Source of the DNA: Octopus sinensis | Taxonomy: Eukaryota | Direction of reading: 5' to 3' | Assembly: GCF_006345805.1 (NCBI RefSeq) | Contig: NW_021835819.1 | Coordinates: forward strand, 1 to 40,526 | Length of the DNA stretch: 40,526 bases | In this document: piece by piece, positions 23,150-33,802 of the stretch | Layout of the letters: each line of letters opens with the position of its first letter | Numbering within the stretch: position 1 is the first letter of the stretch | Made by a program: the position numbers and the translations under genes | Notes under the pieces: generated by a model | The model's database searches: none | Seen by the model: the letters and a program-made list of their open reading frames with translations, nothing else | Told to the model about the DNA's origin: nothing

Positions 23150-23649
23150 GGTGGTGAGGGGAATGGTGGTGGCAGTTGTTGTTGGTGGTGGTGGTGGTGA
23201 GAGGGGACGGTGGTGGCAATTGTTGTTGTTGGTGGTGAGAGGGGACGGTGGTGGCAATTGTTGTTGTTGTTGGTGGTGGTGGTGGTGAGGGAGGGTGGTG
23301 GTAGCAGTTGTTGTTGGTGGTGGTGGTAGTGAGAGGGGACGGTGGTGGCAATTGTTGTTGTTGGTGGTGAGGGGGGACGGTGGTGGCAATTGTTGTTGTT
23401 GGTGGTGAGGGGGACGGTGTGGCAATTGTTGTTGTTGGTGTGAGGGGGGACGGTGTGGCATTGTTGTGTTGGTGGTAAGAGGGGGGACGGTGTGGTGGCA
23501 ATTGTTGTTGTTGGTGGTGAGGGGGGACGGTGGTGGCAGTTGTTGTTGGTGGTGGTGAGGGGGATGGTGGTGGCAGTTGTTGCTGTTGTTGTTGTTGGTG
23601 GTGGTGGTGGTGGTGAGGGGGATGGTGGTGGCAGTTGTTGCTGTTGTTG

Positions 23650-23681
<32 letters not shown>

Positions 23682-23740
23682 GAGGGGAATGGTGGTGGCA
23701 GTTGTTGTTGGTGGTGGTGCTGGCGGTGGTTGAGTGTGTG
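22525..23740. repeat. G-rich minisatellite, ggtggtgagggggga(c/t)ggtggtggcagttgttgttgtt-like units of variable length
   Basis: Read directly from the sequence. Confidence 0.93.
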
Positions 23741-24139
23741 GGAGGGAAAATCATAAGCATGTTGGTTTTATTAGTGCACATGTGTGCACAGACAATACAT
23801 TGCAACACACACACACACAGTTTACTTATACGTACATACTTACATACATATATATATAATACTATATACACATGTGTAGTCACATACACATACACACACA
23901 CACACACAAAAGCGCGCGGTGTCCCATAAGTAACGCAGCATGTGAATAAGGTTTTAGAATGAAAAAGCTGACAGACCTGTGGGTCACGAGTTCTATTGAT
24001 TAGCTTTTAGAATGTAAACCATGAAATCTCAGATTAAGATGAAGGGAGCAACCGGTGGCGGAGGGGAGGGGGTGAGAGAGAGAGAAGGGAAATGTTAATG
24101 CTTACATTCTGCATTAAAACTGAAAAAGATTGAATTGTA

Positions 24140-24406
24140 TTTATATATATATATAAAAACATATATATAATATATTATATAAAACATATATATATATATA
24201 TATATACAAACATATATATATATATATATAAAACATATATATAATATATATATAAAAACATATATATATATAATATATAAAACATATATATATATATATA
24301 TAAAAACATATATATATATATATATAAACATATATATATAAAAACATATATATTATAAAAACTATATATATATATATTATAAAAACATATATAATATATA
24401 TAACAC

Positions 24407-24451
<45 letters not shown>

Positions 24452-24657
24452 ATAACATATATATATATATATAAACATATATATTATATATATAAACATA
24501 TAAACATATATATATATAACATATATATATATATATAAACATATATATAATATATATAATATATATATTATATATATATAACATATATATATATATATAT
24601 ATATATAAACATAATATATATAAACATATATATATATATATATATATAACATATATA

Positions 24658-24688
<31 letters not shown>

Positions 24689-24705
24689 AACGATATATAA
24701 ATACA
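24140..24705. repeat. (TA)n tract punctuated by aaac
   Basis: Read directly from the sequence. Confidence 0.95.
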
Positions 24706-24910
24706 TTAAGTTAATCCAAACAAGAAAACAAAAACAAAAAACAACAATGCAAGGACGTGGAACAAATATAGTGTTATTAGACGCTTAGGAAAGAAGGGAA
24801 GAAGGAGGGTTTGACGTTTCGAGCAGAGCTCTTCGTCGGAAACATAGGAGAAGGAAAGATCCCGAGAAGGGAAGACAGGGGAAAAAAATCGCTAGTGATA
24901 CAGACGAGGT
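24706..24910 (-). mobile_element. Penelope-type short fragment, family HH-A
   Basis: High similarity to 26990-27195; carries a hammerhead fold and abuts (TA)n. Confidence 0.8.
24809..24843 (-). ncRNA. Minimal type I hammerhead fold, variant core CCGACGA, GUC site
   Basis: rc GUUU / CCGACGA-A / GAGC-ucu-GCUC / GAAA-CGUC / AAAC. Confidence 0.72.
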
Positions 24911-24964
24911 CACATATATATATATAAACATATATATAAACACACACACATATGTATATATATA

Positions 24965-25145
24965 ACGGGAAGCTTTACGAAAATAAACAAAAGACGAAAG
25001 CAGGAGGAGTACAAATAAACAAATGTATTAGTATAGCGCTCAGGAATAGAAATAGAACAAGTCTTTTACATTTCGAGCCTATGCTCTTCGACAGAAAGAT
25101 ACACAGAAAAAAACAAGGAGAGAAACAAGGAGAGAAAAAAATGCA
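24965..25145 (-). mobile_element. Penelope-type short fragment, family HH-B
   Basis: High similarity to 8807-8975; carries a hammerhead fold. Confidence 0.8.
25062..25099 (-). ncRNA. Minimal type I hammerhead fold, variant core CUGUCGA, GUA site
   Basis: rc UCUUU / CUGUCGA-A / GAGC-auag-GCUC / GAAA-UGUA / AAAGA. Confidence 0.62.
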
Positions 25146-25195
25146 TATATATATATATATATGTATATATATACACACACACACACACATATATT

Positions 25196-25300
25196 AACTT
25201 TACCTTTCATGTTTTTGGGGTCGAAAAGTTGGGCACAGGGGTCAATGTTACCAACTTATGCCCTCCCACAAAAATTGCTGGCTTTGTGCCAAAATTGGAA
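25196..25300 (+). mobile_element. Old family C-related SINE 3' fragment (alternative tail ...tgtgccaaaattggaaacc)
   Basis: aactttacctttcatgtttttggggtcgaaaa; a similar fragment lies at 33383-33505. Confidence 0.6.
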
Positions 25301-25699
25301 ACCATTATTATTATTTTTGTTGTTGTTGTTGTTGTTCTTCTTCTTCTTATTATTATTATTTTGCATTCTCTTTCTTGTTCCAGTGAATAATGGCGAACAG
25401 TAGAGATGCAGTGGAAGTACAGTTGAGCTGCAGCAGAGATACAGCAGGAAGCTGAAGACATCTGCTCATTTACAGAGCCCTTCATTGTTGCGTTCATTCC
25501 TTTTGTTATTTCTTATTGTGCGACTGCTTAAAACGGCACAGCGCCATTTAGGGGCCACACCATCAGCCACAACTGGTCCCCGAGAGGAACAAAAGCCTAT
25601 AACTGCATCGACCAACTCAACAGCTCGATATCCACACATGAACACACATAACAATGGTTCAAGTTCATAAAAACACACATAAACGTAGTGCCAAATAGC

Positions 25700-25760
25700 G
25701 AAATTAAAGATATACATACATACATATATATACATACATACATATATAATCATAAAACTT

Positions 25761-25794
<34 letters not shown>

Positions 25795-25845
25795 TATATA
25801 TAATCATAAAACTTAATACATACATACATATATATAATATATATA

Positions 25846-25884
<39 letters not shown>

Positions 25885-25910
25885 CATACATATATAATCA
25901 TAAAACTTAA

Positions 25911-25942
<32 letters not shown>

Positions 25943-26105
25943 ATATATACATACATACATATATATACATATATAATCATAAAGCTTAATACATACATAC
26001 ATACATACATACACATATATATATACATATATGCATACATATATATACATACATATAAATCATAAAACTTAATACATACATACATACACACACACACACA
26101 TACAT

Positions 26106-26138
<33 letters not shown>

Positions 26139-26160
26139 TACATACATACATACATACATG
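25700..26160. repeat. Minisatellite of (TACA/TA)n blocks anchored by aatcataaaacttaatac (~5 units)
   Basis: Anchor recurs near 25747, 25801, 25896, 25975 and 26058. Confidence 0.88.
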
Positions 26161-26989
26161 ATCAAACAGGAATCAAAGAGACTGGGTATTGGTCTACTTC
26201 AGCAAGACGTGCATTATTTGATAAAATTGATAAAAAGTCCAGAGTAAACTTGGTGTGGAGAGTAGAAAATCGAAGGCATTGAACAGAATCCTTCTTCACA
26301 GGAAAACAAACAGGGGAGAAATTAAAGAGCGACAACAAGGCTAAATTATAAAACTGAAAAAGTGTATGTATATATATGTATATATATGTGCTTGGTTATC
26401 AAACACACAGGATTATAAAACAGACCAACTATATACATATATATATATATAACATACATACATACACAGGTGTATATATAAAATGTGGGACAAAGGAAAA
26501 ACAAGAGCAGCCTAGCCAATATCCTTAAGGGGGAACATCAATGATGGTCAGCCATATATAATGAGCTCGTTAACGCATGAGAAGTAATTGAAGAAATCAC
26601 CATATGAATCTCCAAAAAGGTCGTAAATGATGGAACCGGAATAGGATACTAACAGCCATAAGAGGATTATTAAAGATAAAGACATACATACATACATATA
26701 CATATATATATTATATATATATATATATATATAATATATATATATATATATTCAAAATAAGCAACTGAGGAGTACTCAGCATTTTAATCTGTTGTAATAC
26801 TTACAACATTTAATAAAATGATGTAGTATGAAACGATCGTACCAAATTACCAGAGTCATTCTTGTTGCTTATTTTGATTATAATCACCCCACGGATTTTT
26901 ATGGATAACACCATACAGAATTCTGGTGCATCTAAATTAAGTACCATATTCATTTGAATCTAAATTTTTGCTGAACTTATATATATATA

Positions 26990-27195
26990 TATAAAGTTAA
27001 TCCAAACAAGAAAACATAAAAAAAACACAGCAACGCGAGGACGTGGAACAAATAAAGTATTATTGGATGCTCAGGAAAGAAGGAAAGAAGGAGGGTTTAA
27101 CGTTTCGAGCGGAGCTCTTCGTCGGAAACAAAGGAGAAGGAAAGATCCCGAGAAGGGAAGACAGAGGAAAAAAAATAGAGGTCACTGTATTATAT
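26990..27195 (-). mobile_element. Penelope-type short fragment, family HH-A
   Basis: Paralogue of 24706-24910, between (TA)n tracts. Confidence 0.8.
27095..27129 (-). ncRNA. Minimal type I hammerhead fold, variant core CCGACGA, palindromic AACGUU
   Basis: rc GUUU / CCGACGA-A / GAGC-ucc-GCUC / GAAA-CGUU / AAAC. Confidence 0.72.
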
Positions 27196-27329
27196 ATATA
27201 TATATATATACAGAGAGAGACGAGACACACAGTTATATAATGAGAACATCAACAAACCAACACCATGTATCATGAGGTACTGGATTGTTAAGCAATATAT
27301 AAGAGTCCTATAAAGAGAGATATATACAC

Positions 27330-29530
27330 TGCTGTGTTCCGAGGTTATCAAACAGTGATATCTGGATTATCCAAAAAGTGAAAAACTGTGAAGACAGAAT
27401 CATCAAACACCCAAAATATGTAGTGGCAGAAGGATTAGCAAACACTTGGAAAAGTGATAACAGGATCATGAGACACCTGAGACGTGTTGTTAACGGGATT
27501 ATCAAGCATTCAGTAATCCATTGATAGTAAGATTGTGAAACATCAAGATAAACTGTAAAATCAAGATTACTGGAGATCAGAAACATAGTGACAACAGGAT
27601 TAACAAACATTGAAAGAGAGGATTATCAAATACAAGAGACAGATTACTAATAGGATTATCAAATATTCAGTAATCCATTGATAATAAGATTGTGGAACAT
27701 CAAGATAAACTGTAAAATCAAGATTACTGGAGATCAGAAACATAGTGACAACAGGATTAACAATCATTGAAGGACAGGATTATCAAATACAAGAGATATA
27801 TTACTAATAGGATTATCAAGCATTCAGTAATCCATTGATAGTAAGCTTGTGAAACAGCAGGATAAACAGTAAAATCAAGATTACTGGAGATCAGAAACAT
27901 AGTGACAACAGGATTAACAATCATCGAAGGATAGGATTATCAAACACAAGAGACAGATTACTAATAGGATTATCAAATATTCAATAATCCATTGATAGTA
28001 AGATTGTGGAACATCAAGATAAACAGTAAAATCAAGATTACTGGAGATCAGAAACATAGTGACAACAGGATTAACAATCATTGAAGGACAGGATTATCAA
28101 ACACAAGAGATATATTACTAAAAAGATTATCAAACATTCAGTAATAAATTGATTACAAGATTGCCAAACATTAAGATAAAAAATAATATCAAGGTAATTA
28201 GATGTCAGAAGCATAGTGACAACAGTATTATCAAAACATTAGGGGACAGAATTATCAAACAAGAGAAATAGTGATAACAGGATTATCAGACACCAACAAA
28301 TAGAGAGATTATTGAGAAATAGTTTGATAACAGGATTATCAAATTCTGTGAGATATGGTGTTAACATAATTATCAAACATAGGAAACACAATTATCAAAC
28401 ACTGCGAGTCACACAGGATAATTTAATACTTGAGACAGTGATAACAGAGTTATCAGACATAAGATACACAGTGATAAAAGAATCATCAAACATTGAGCGA
28501 CACACTGATGAGAAACAGTGATAACAGCATCATTAAATATTAAAATCCACTGATAACAGGGTTATCAAACAGAATTATCAAACAGTGATAACAGGATTGT
28601 CAAACACTGTGACATATACTAATAACAGGATTATCAGATGTAAAACATGCAGTGATAATAGAATCATCAAACATTGAGGGAAAGACTATTGAGAACAGCC
28701 TCATCAAACGTTAAAATCCACTGATAACAGGGTTATCAAACATAAGAAACACAGTGATAAAAAAATCATCAAGCATAAGAAACACAGTGATAAAAAAATC
28801 AACAAACATAAGAAACACAGTGATAAAAAAAATCATCAAACATAAAAAACATAGTGATAAAAAAAAATCAAACATAAAAAACACAGTGATAAAAAAACCC
28901 ATCAAACATAAGAAACACAGTGATAAAAAAATCATCAAACATAAGAAACACAGTAATAAAAAAATCATCAAACATAAGAAACACAGTGATAAAAAAACCC
29001 ATCAAACATAAGAAACACAGTGATAAAAAAATCATCAAACATAAGAAACACAGTGATAAAAAAATCATCAAACATAAGAAACACAGTGATAAAAAAATCA
29101 TCAAACAATAAAGCAATTTGTGATAACAGGATGATCAAATATTGAGACACACAGTAAAATCAGAATTATCAAACATTAGAGACCCGACACAGAGGTCACT
29201 GTATTATCAGACATTGAAGGGCAGTCAGAACAGAATCATAAAACCTCATGAGAGGATTATCAAACAGTGATAATAGGATCGTCAAAGGCCAAAATATAGA
29301 ATAAAAGCAGGATTATCAGACATATGAGATGCAATGATAATAAGATTATCAGGGACCAACAAACATAATAATAACAGGATTATCTAACGCTGAGGGATAA
29401 GATTATCATACACGGATAATCTTATGGTCAGTGAAGCACAGTGATAACAAGATCATCAGGCATCAATAAATACAATAATAAGAGGATTAACAGATAACTA
29501 GAAATACTATACTAACGGGATTATCAAAGA
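27330..29530. repeat. Degenerate ~31-33-bp (ggattatcaaac) satellite field with a 157-bp higher-order array (27495-28280) and a 33-bp array (28730-29107)
   Basis: tcaagattac anchor at 27561, 27718, 27875, 28032 and (diverged) 28189; the 33-bp unit gives 11-aa repeats in the ORF track. Confidence 0.93.
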
Positions 29531-29734
29531 AATAAACGAAAGAGAGAGAGGGAGAAGTATATATTATACAAAGTAAACACGGCTAGGAATAAATCGTTAA
29601 AATAGGGGACACGCAAAAAGCAAACACACGACCCCTTCCTACCCTACACACACACACTTGTTCTTGTATTGATCTCTCCCTTGTTTGCATTTCCACTCCC
29701 AAAAGCTGTACAAACACAAACAACCCTATACGCT

Positions 29735-30365
29735 CACCACCACCACCACCACTGGTACCGACACCATCACTATCACAGATACTGTTAGTAACGCCACCAC
29801 CACCACCACCACCATCACCACACCACTACAACTATCACCCCCCCACCCCGCAGCTACTACCGCTGCCACCACCACTACCACCACACCATAGCCACTGCCA
29901 CCACCATCACCACCACCACCACCACAAGTTCTGTTGCTATCATCACCAGCACCGCCAAGATCACCATCACCACCACCACCACCATCACCGATACTGTTAG
30001 TAACGCCACCACCACCACCATCACCACACCACTACAACTATCACCACTGCAGCTACTACCACCAGTACCACCACCATAGCCATCGCCACCACCACCACCA
30101 CCACCACACTGCTGTTGCCACTGTACCCACCACTACTCCTGTTGCTATCATCACCAGCACCGCCAACATCGCCATCACCACCACCAACACCACCCACATT
30201 ACCATCACCCCTATAGCCACCGCCACCACTGGCACCAACACCAGCACCATCACCAGCACCACCACCAGCCTCACCACCACCCACATTATCATCACCATCA
30301 ATACCAACACCACTGCAGCCACCAATACCACCACCACCACTAGTCTCCACCATCATTACCGTCAT
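29735..30365. repeat. Complex (CAC)n microsatellite
   Basis: Read directly from the sequence. Confidence 0.92.
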
Positions 30366-30589
30366 CGCCATTGTTGTAGCCATAACACTGTCAGATCTGT
30401 GATTCTGTGAAGATGGAGCTGAATGGCAGCCTTGAGGAATCTCTTGTAGAGAGATAGAATTTGAAGACTGCCAATCAATATACGTTGAAAACTCCATGTC
30501 ATAGCGCCCAGCGCAATCTCAGATTCTATTTAACGGTAGATTTAATAACAACAACAACAACAACAATAATAATAATAATAATAATAACA

Positions 30590-30910
30590 ACAGAGTTCCT
30601 ATAGAAAGTTTGACCTTTAGAGACAGCAAGGATTATCAGGAGGGTTCCAAGCACTTGAAAAACTGTTGAAAACTTGTGGGTATGTAAGGTTACGGGTAGT
30701 AACCCACTACCCAGATTAATCCTAACAGGAATAGGACCGAACCTGAGCCAAACCAGAATAACAATAACCCCTGTAAAAATCAGCTTTGCTTGGAACTGTA
30801 AAAATTCTCCGCAGGGTCCTTGAAGCAGGACCAGTAAACAAGTGTCACCTTAGTCTGCTGGACAACTGACACTTTCCATCATACCCAGCAAAATAAGCTA
30901 AGAGTTTTCA
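30590..30910 (+). mobile_element. 3' fragment of an RLE-type (R4/Dong-like) non-LTR retrotransposon with (TAA)n tail
   Basis: 30771 onward translates L*KSALLGTVKILRRVLEA, the typical C-terminal motif after a restriction-like endonuclease domain. It is followed by a UTR and (TAA)n. Confidence 0.72.
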
Positions 30911-30931
30911 TAATAATAATAATAATAATAA

Positions 30932-31352
30932 TGGAAGCACTCCGTCGGTTACGACGACGAGGGTTCCGGTTGATCTGAATCAACGGAACAGCCTGCTCGT
31001 GAAATTAACGTGTAAGTGGCTGAGCACTCCACAGACACGTGTACCCTTAACGCAGTTCTCGGGGATATTCAGCGTGACACAGAGAGTGACAAGGCCGGCC
31101 CTTTGAAATACAGGTATAACAGAAACAGGAAGTAAGAGTGAGAGAAAGTTGTGGTGAAAGAGTACAGCAGGGATCACCACCATCCCCTGCCGGAGCTGCA
31201 TGGGGCTTGAGGTTGAAAGAGTACAGCAGGGATCACCACCATCCCCTGCCGGAGCCTCGTGGAGCTTTTAGGTGTTTTCACTCAATAAACACTCACAACG
31301 CCCAGTCTGGGAATCGAAACCGCGATCCTACGACCGCGAGTCCGCTGCCCTA
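30932..31352 (-). mobile_element. OR-type tRNA SINE, tail variant 2, with internal 59-bp duplication
   Basis: rc head agggcagcggactcgcggtcg...ggtttcgattcc matches 7576. gaaagagtacagcagggatcaccaccatcccctgccggagc occurs twice. (ATT)n flanks both sides. Confidence 0.88.
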
Positions 31353-31367
31353 ATAATAATAATAATA

Positions 31368-31766
31368 GTTCTGTCTTTATTGGCCACAAGGGTTGTGAAA
31401 ACACTTAGGACATTACAAAAACAGGGGACAGTGAGAAGTTATATAAAAAAAACCTGAAAAAAATAAAAAAACAATAACAAACTGCAAAAAAAACCAGTTT
31501 TACATAAAAAGCCCCAGTAGGAGGGAAACAACCCAGAGGCAAACCAAGGGACCCTATAGACCCTAAGCCTCCTTAATCACTGGGAGTATTTCAGCAAGTA
31601 CTTCTCTTACCTCCGTTCTCCTTGGCCACACAGGTGCCAGCTTAGAGTAGGCCCACTCACTAGGGCTGTCTTTGCCGCATTCACCCACCTTTTAACAAAT
31701 TTGTTGGTGAGAAGGGAGGGGTCAACAGATCCCTCTCCACCCAACCCTCCTTTTGCTTTCCAAATG

Positions 31767-31767
<1 letters not shown>
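31368..31767 (-). mobile_element. L1/Tx1-like LINE 3' end (ORF2 C-terminus, UTR, AATAAA, (ATT)n)
   Basis: rc translates HLESKRRV.. and, after a frameshift, LLTNKFVKRWVNAAKTALVSGPTLSWHL. 3' motif cccttgtggccaataaa. Confidence 0.75.
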
Positions 31768-31797
<30 letters not shown>

Positions 31798-32055
31798 TGC
31801 CCTAGGTGTATGGAAAACACTTGGCGAGAAACGGAAGAAAATTTGAAGAAAGAAGGAAAAAAACATAATAATAATAATAATAATATCTTCCACAATATTA
31901 AACATCTGGGTACTAAGCCTTATAATTCATAGAGAGAGGCCTTGAGAGGACCCATGAGACCTTTGACAACAGGTTGCTGGATGCTCTCACAGAATTAACA
32001 AAAGCAAGACCGAGAGCCCTGAGAAGTAAATAATAATAATAATAATAATAATAAT

Positions 32056-32232
32056 TTATCGCTTTTATTTGCCACAAGGGCAAAAAATGAGGGGAGTCAA
32101 TACAATAACAGGCATAAAACATAGGGATTTGCAAGCGATGGAATGATATATATATGTGGATATATGAAAAAAAATAGGAAGATAGTATACGTGGTATACA
32201 ATAAGACATAGAAACAAAATAAACACACTATC
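32056..32232 (-). mobile_element. Same LINE family, 3' UTR only
   Basis: tttatttgccacaaggg directly after (TAA)n. Confidence 0.6.
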
Positions 32233-32265
<33 letters not shown>

Positions 32266-32290
32266 GTAATAATAATAATAATAATAACAA

Positions 32291-32391
32291 TACTGGTGTA
32301 CCCTTATTAGACGGGTAGTCATGATGGGTATATTGGGCTTCGTATATTTTACCCCAGTGTCACTTTGATGGCATGCACTGCTCTCTCACTC

Positions 32392-32392
<1 letters not shown>
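32291..32392 (+). mobile_element. Short 3' end of an (AAT)n-tailed retroelement, family unassigned
   Basis: Unique ~100 bp ending gcactgctctctcactc(aat)n, between (TAA)n tracts. Confidence 0.45.
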
Positions 32393-32424
<32 letters not shown>

Positions 32425-32425
<1 letters not shown>

Positions 32426-32658
32426 GTTTCTTTTATTGACCACAGGAGCCCGATACATAGAGGGCGATAACAAAGGAAAAAATACAAAACACAAGAAGGT
32501 GGAGGATTACACTGATGATGATGGGAAACAAATAATAAGAATATAACACAAGACTTTGGAATAGAATTCAGAAAGATAAATATGTAAATAGAGTCCCTAA
32601 TGACAGGACAGTACACCAAGGATAATTTGGAGAAAACCCCTTACCAAAAGTCCTGGAT
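32425..32658 (-). mobile_element. Same LINE family, 3' UTR only
   Basis: ttttattgaccacagg directly after (TAA)n. Confidence 0.55.
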
Positions 32659-32821
32659 TATTTATTCTGCGGTCTCAAAGGCATTGGAAGTGCTTTCTTC
32701 CAATAATGATGATAATAATAATGATAATAATAACAGAGTAAAAATAATACCACCAAAACAAACCAGCAAAGAGCTGTGAAAATATGCAATATAAACAATA
32801 ATAATAAAATAATAAAAAAAA

Positions 32822-33218
32822 ATTTATTTGCCACAAGGGCCACAAAGGAAAAACCTTTATCGTAATATAAGGACAAAGAACAATAGGGGTTTATGTATAC
32901 AGGTGTGAATGATTAAAAAAGAAACAATTGCAATTAGCAAGAAAAATTGATACCGAAAATATTCTCCCGGGCAGAGGTGAGTACCCCATAGGAGCAAGCA
33001 AAGTACCCTACTGCTCCTGAATCACTCTGACTGACTGGCAACGGTAACCACAGAGAAGTACCCCTCTCTCAGCTGCTTTCGACAACCCACAGGCACAAAC
33101 TCAGAGCAACCTCATTCACTCGGTGGGCCATCCTTGCCACGTTTCCCCACCTTTTCATAAATATACTGGCGGAGGTGAGGGCAGCAGCCCTATTTCCACA
33201 GTCCTGTTCCTTTACATG
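32822..33218 (-). mobile_element. L1/Tx1-like LINE 3' end
   Basis: rc translates ..SIFMKRWGNVARMAHRVNEVALSLCL; 3' motif tttatttgccacaaggg. Confidence 0.75.
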
Positions 33219-33382
33219 ATAATAATAATAACAATAACTTATTAGTCTTATCATTGTTATTATTAAGTATAAAAAACCTTTCATTGTACAATCACTGATA
33301 TCCTGTTTCCTGGGTATTTCTTAAAAGAATATATTATTAAATATTAAGGTCTTTCTTTCCGTAATAATAACAAAATATTATT

Positions 33383-33505
33383 ATTTGCCTTTCATTCTTT
33401 TGGGGTCAATAAAACAAGTATCAGTTGAACACTGGGGTCAGTGTAGCCGACTAACCACCTTCCCTTGAAATTTCTGACCTTCTGCCAACATTTCAAACAA
33501 TTATT
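33383..33505 (+). mobile_element. Old family C-related SINE 3' fragment
   Basis: tttgcctttcattcttttggggtcaataaaacaagtatcagttgaacactggggtc. Confidence 0.65.
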
Positions 33506-33802
33506 ACTATTATACCTGGAAGCCTTTTGTTGTACATCTACAACTTGATCAGAGAGACCCTGTTTTCCGGTAGTCCAACTATTACTATTATTATTATTGA
33601 TTACTAAAGTATTTCTTGATTCATCAACAACCCAGTTGTTACGCTAATGAGTCTGTTAATTATCAATTGCTGACCACCAGTTCTAATAGGTGAGGGTCTC
33701 ATTATTTTTCTTTTCAGAATTTTTCATTTTCTAAGAAAGAAAACGAAACTCACTTCACAGTATACAGTGAACTTTGATAAGGAATTTTGAACCAGTATGG
33801 TT

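Noticed and set aside
25380-25680. Unique, relatively GC-rich island as a possible exon
   Set aside because: No convincing ORF, domain or splice pair in any frame; RNA-seq would be needed.
26262-26310. Hammerhead-like GAAGG/CCUUC stem on the minus strand
   Set aside because: No GAAA after the stem and no stem I pairing; too degenerate to call.
28754-29116. Lys-rich 11-aa repeat ORFs (KKIIKHKKHSD)
   Set aside because: Translation of the 33-bp satellite array.
27177-29207. 16-bp match agaggtcactgtatta at ~27177 and ~29192
   Set aside because: A single short match in AT-rich repetitive DNA with no further supporting structure; it cannot be called a target-site duplication.
33700-33717. Polypyrimidine-AG as splice acceptor for a GPCR 5' UTR exon
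   Set aside because: Such motifs are common in AT-rich DNA, and ~800 bp of MITE-containing sequence separates it from the ATG. It is unsupported without transcripts.
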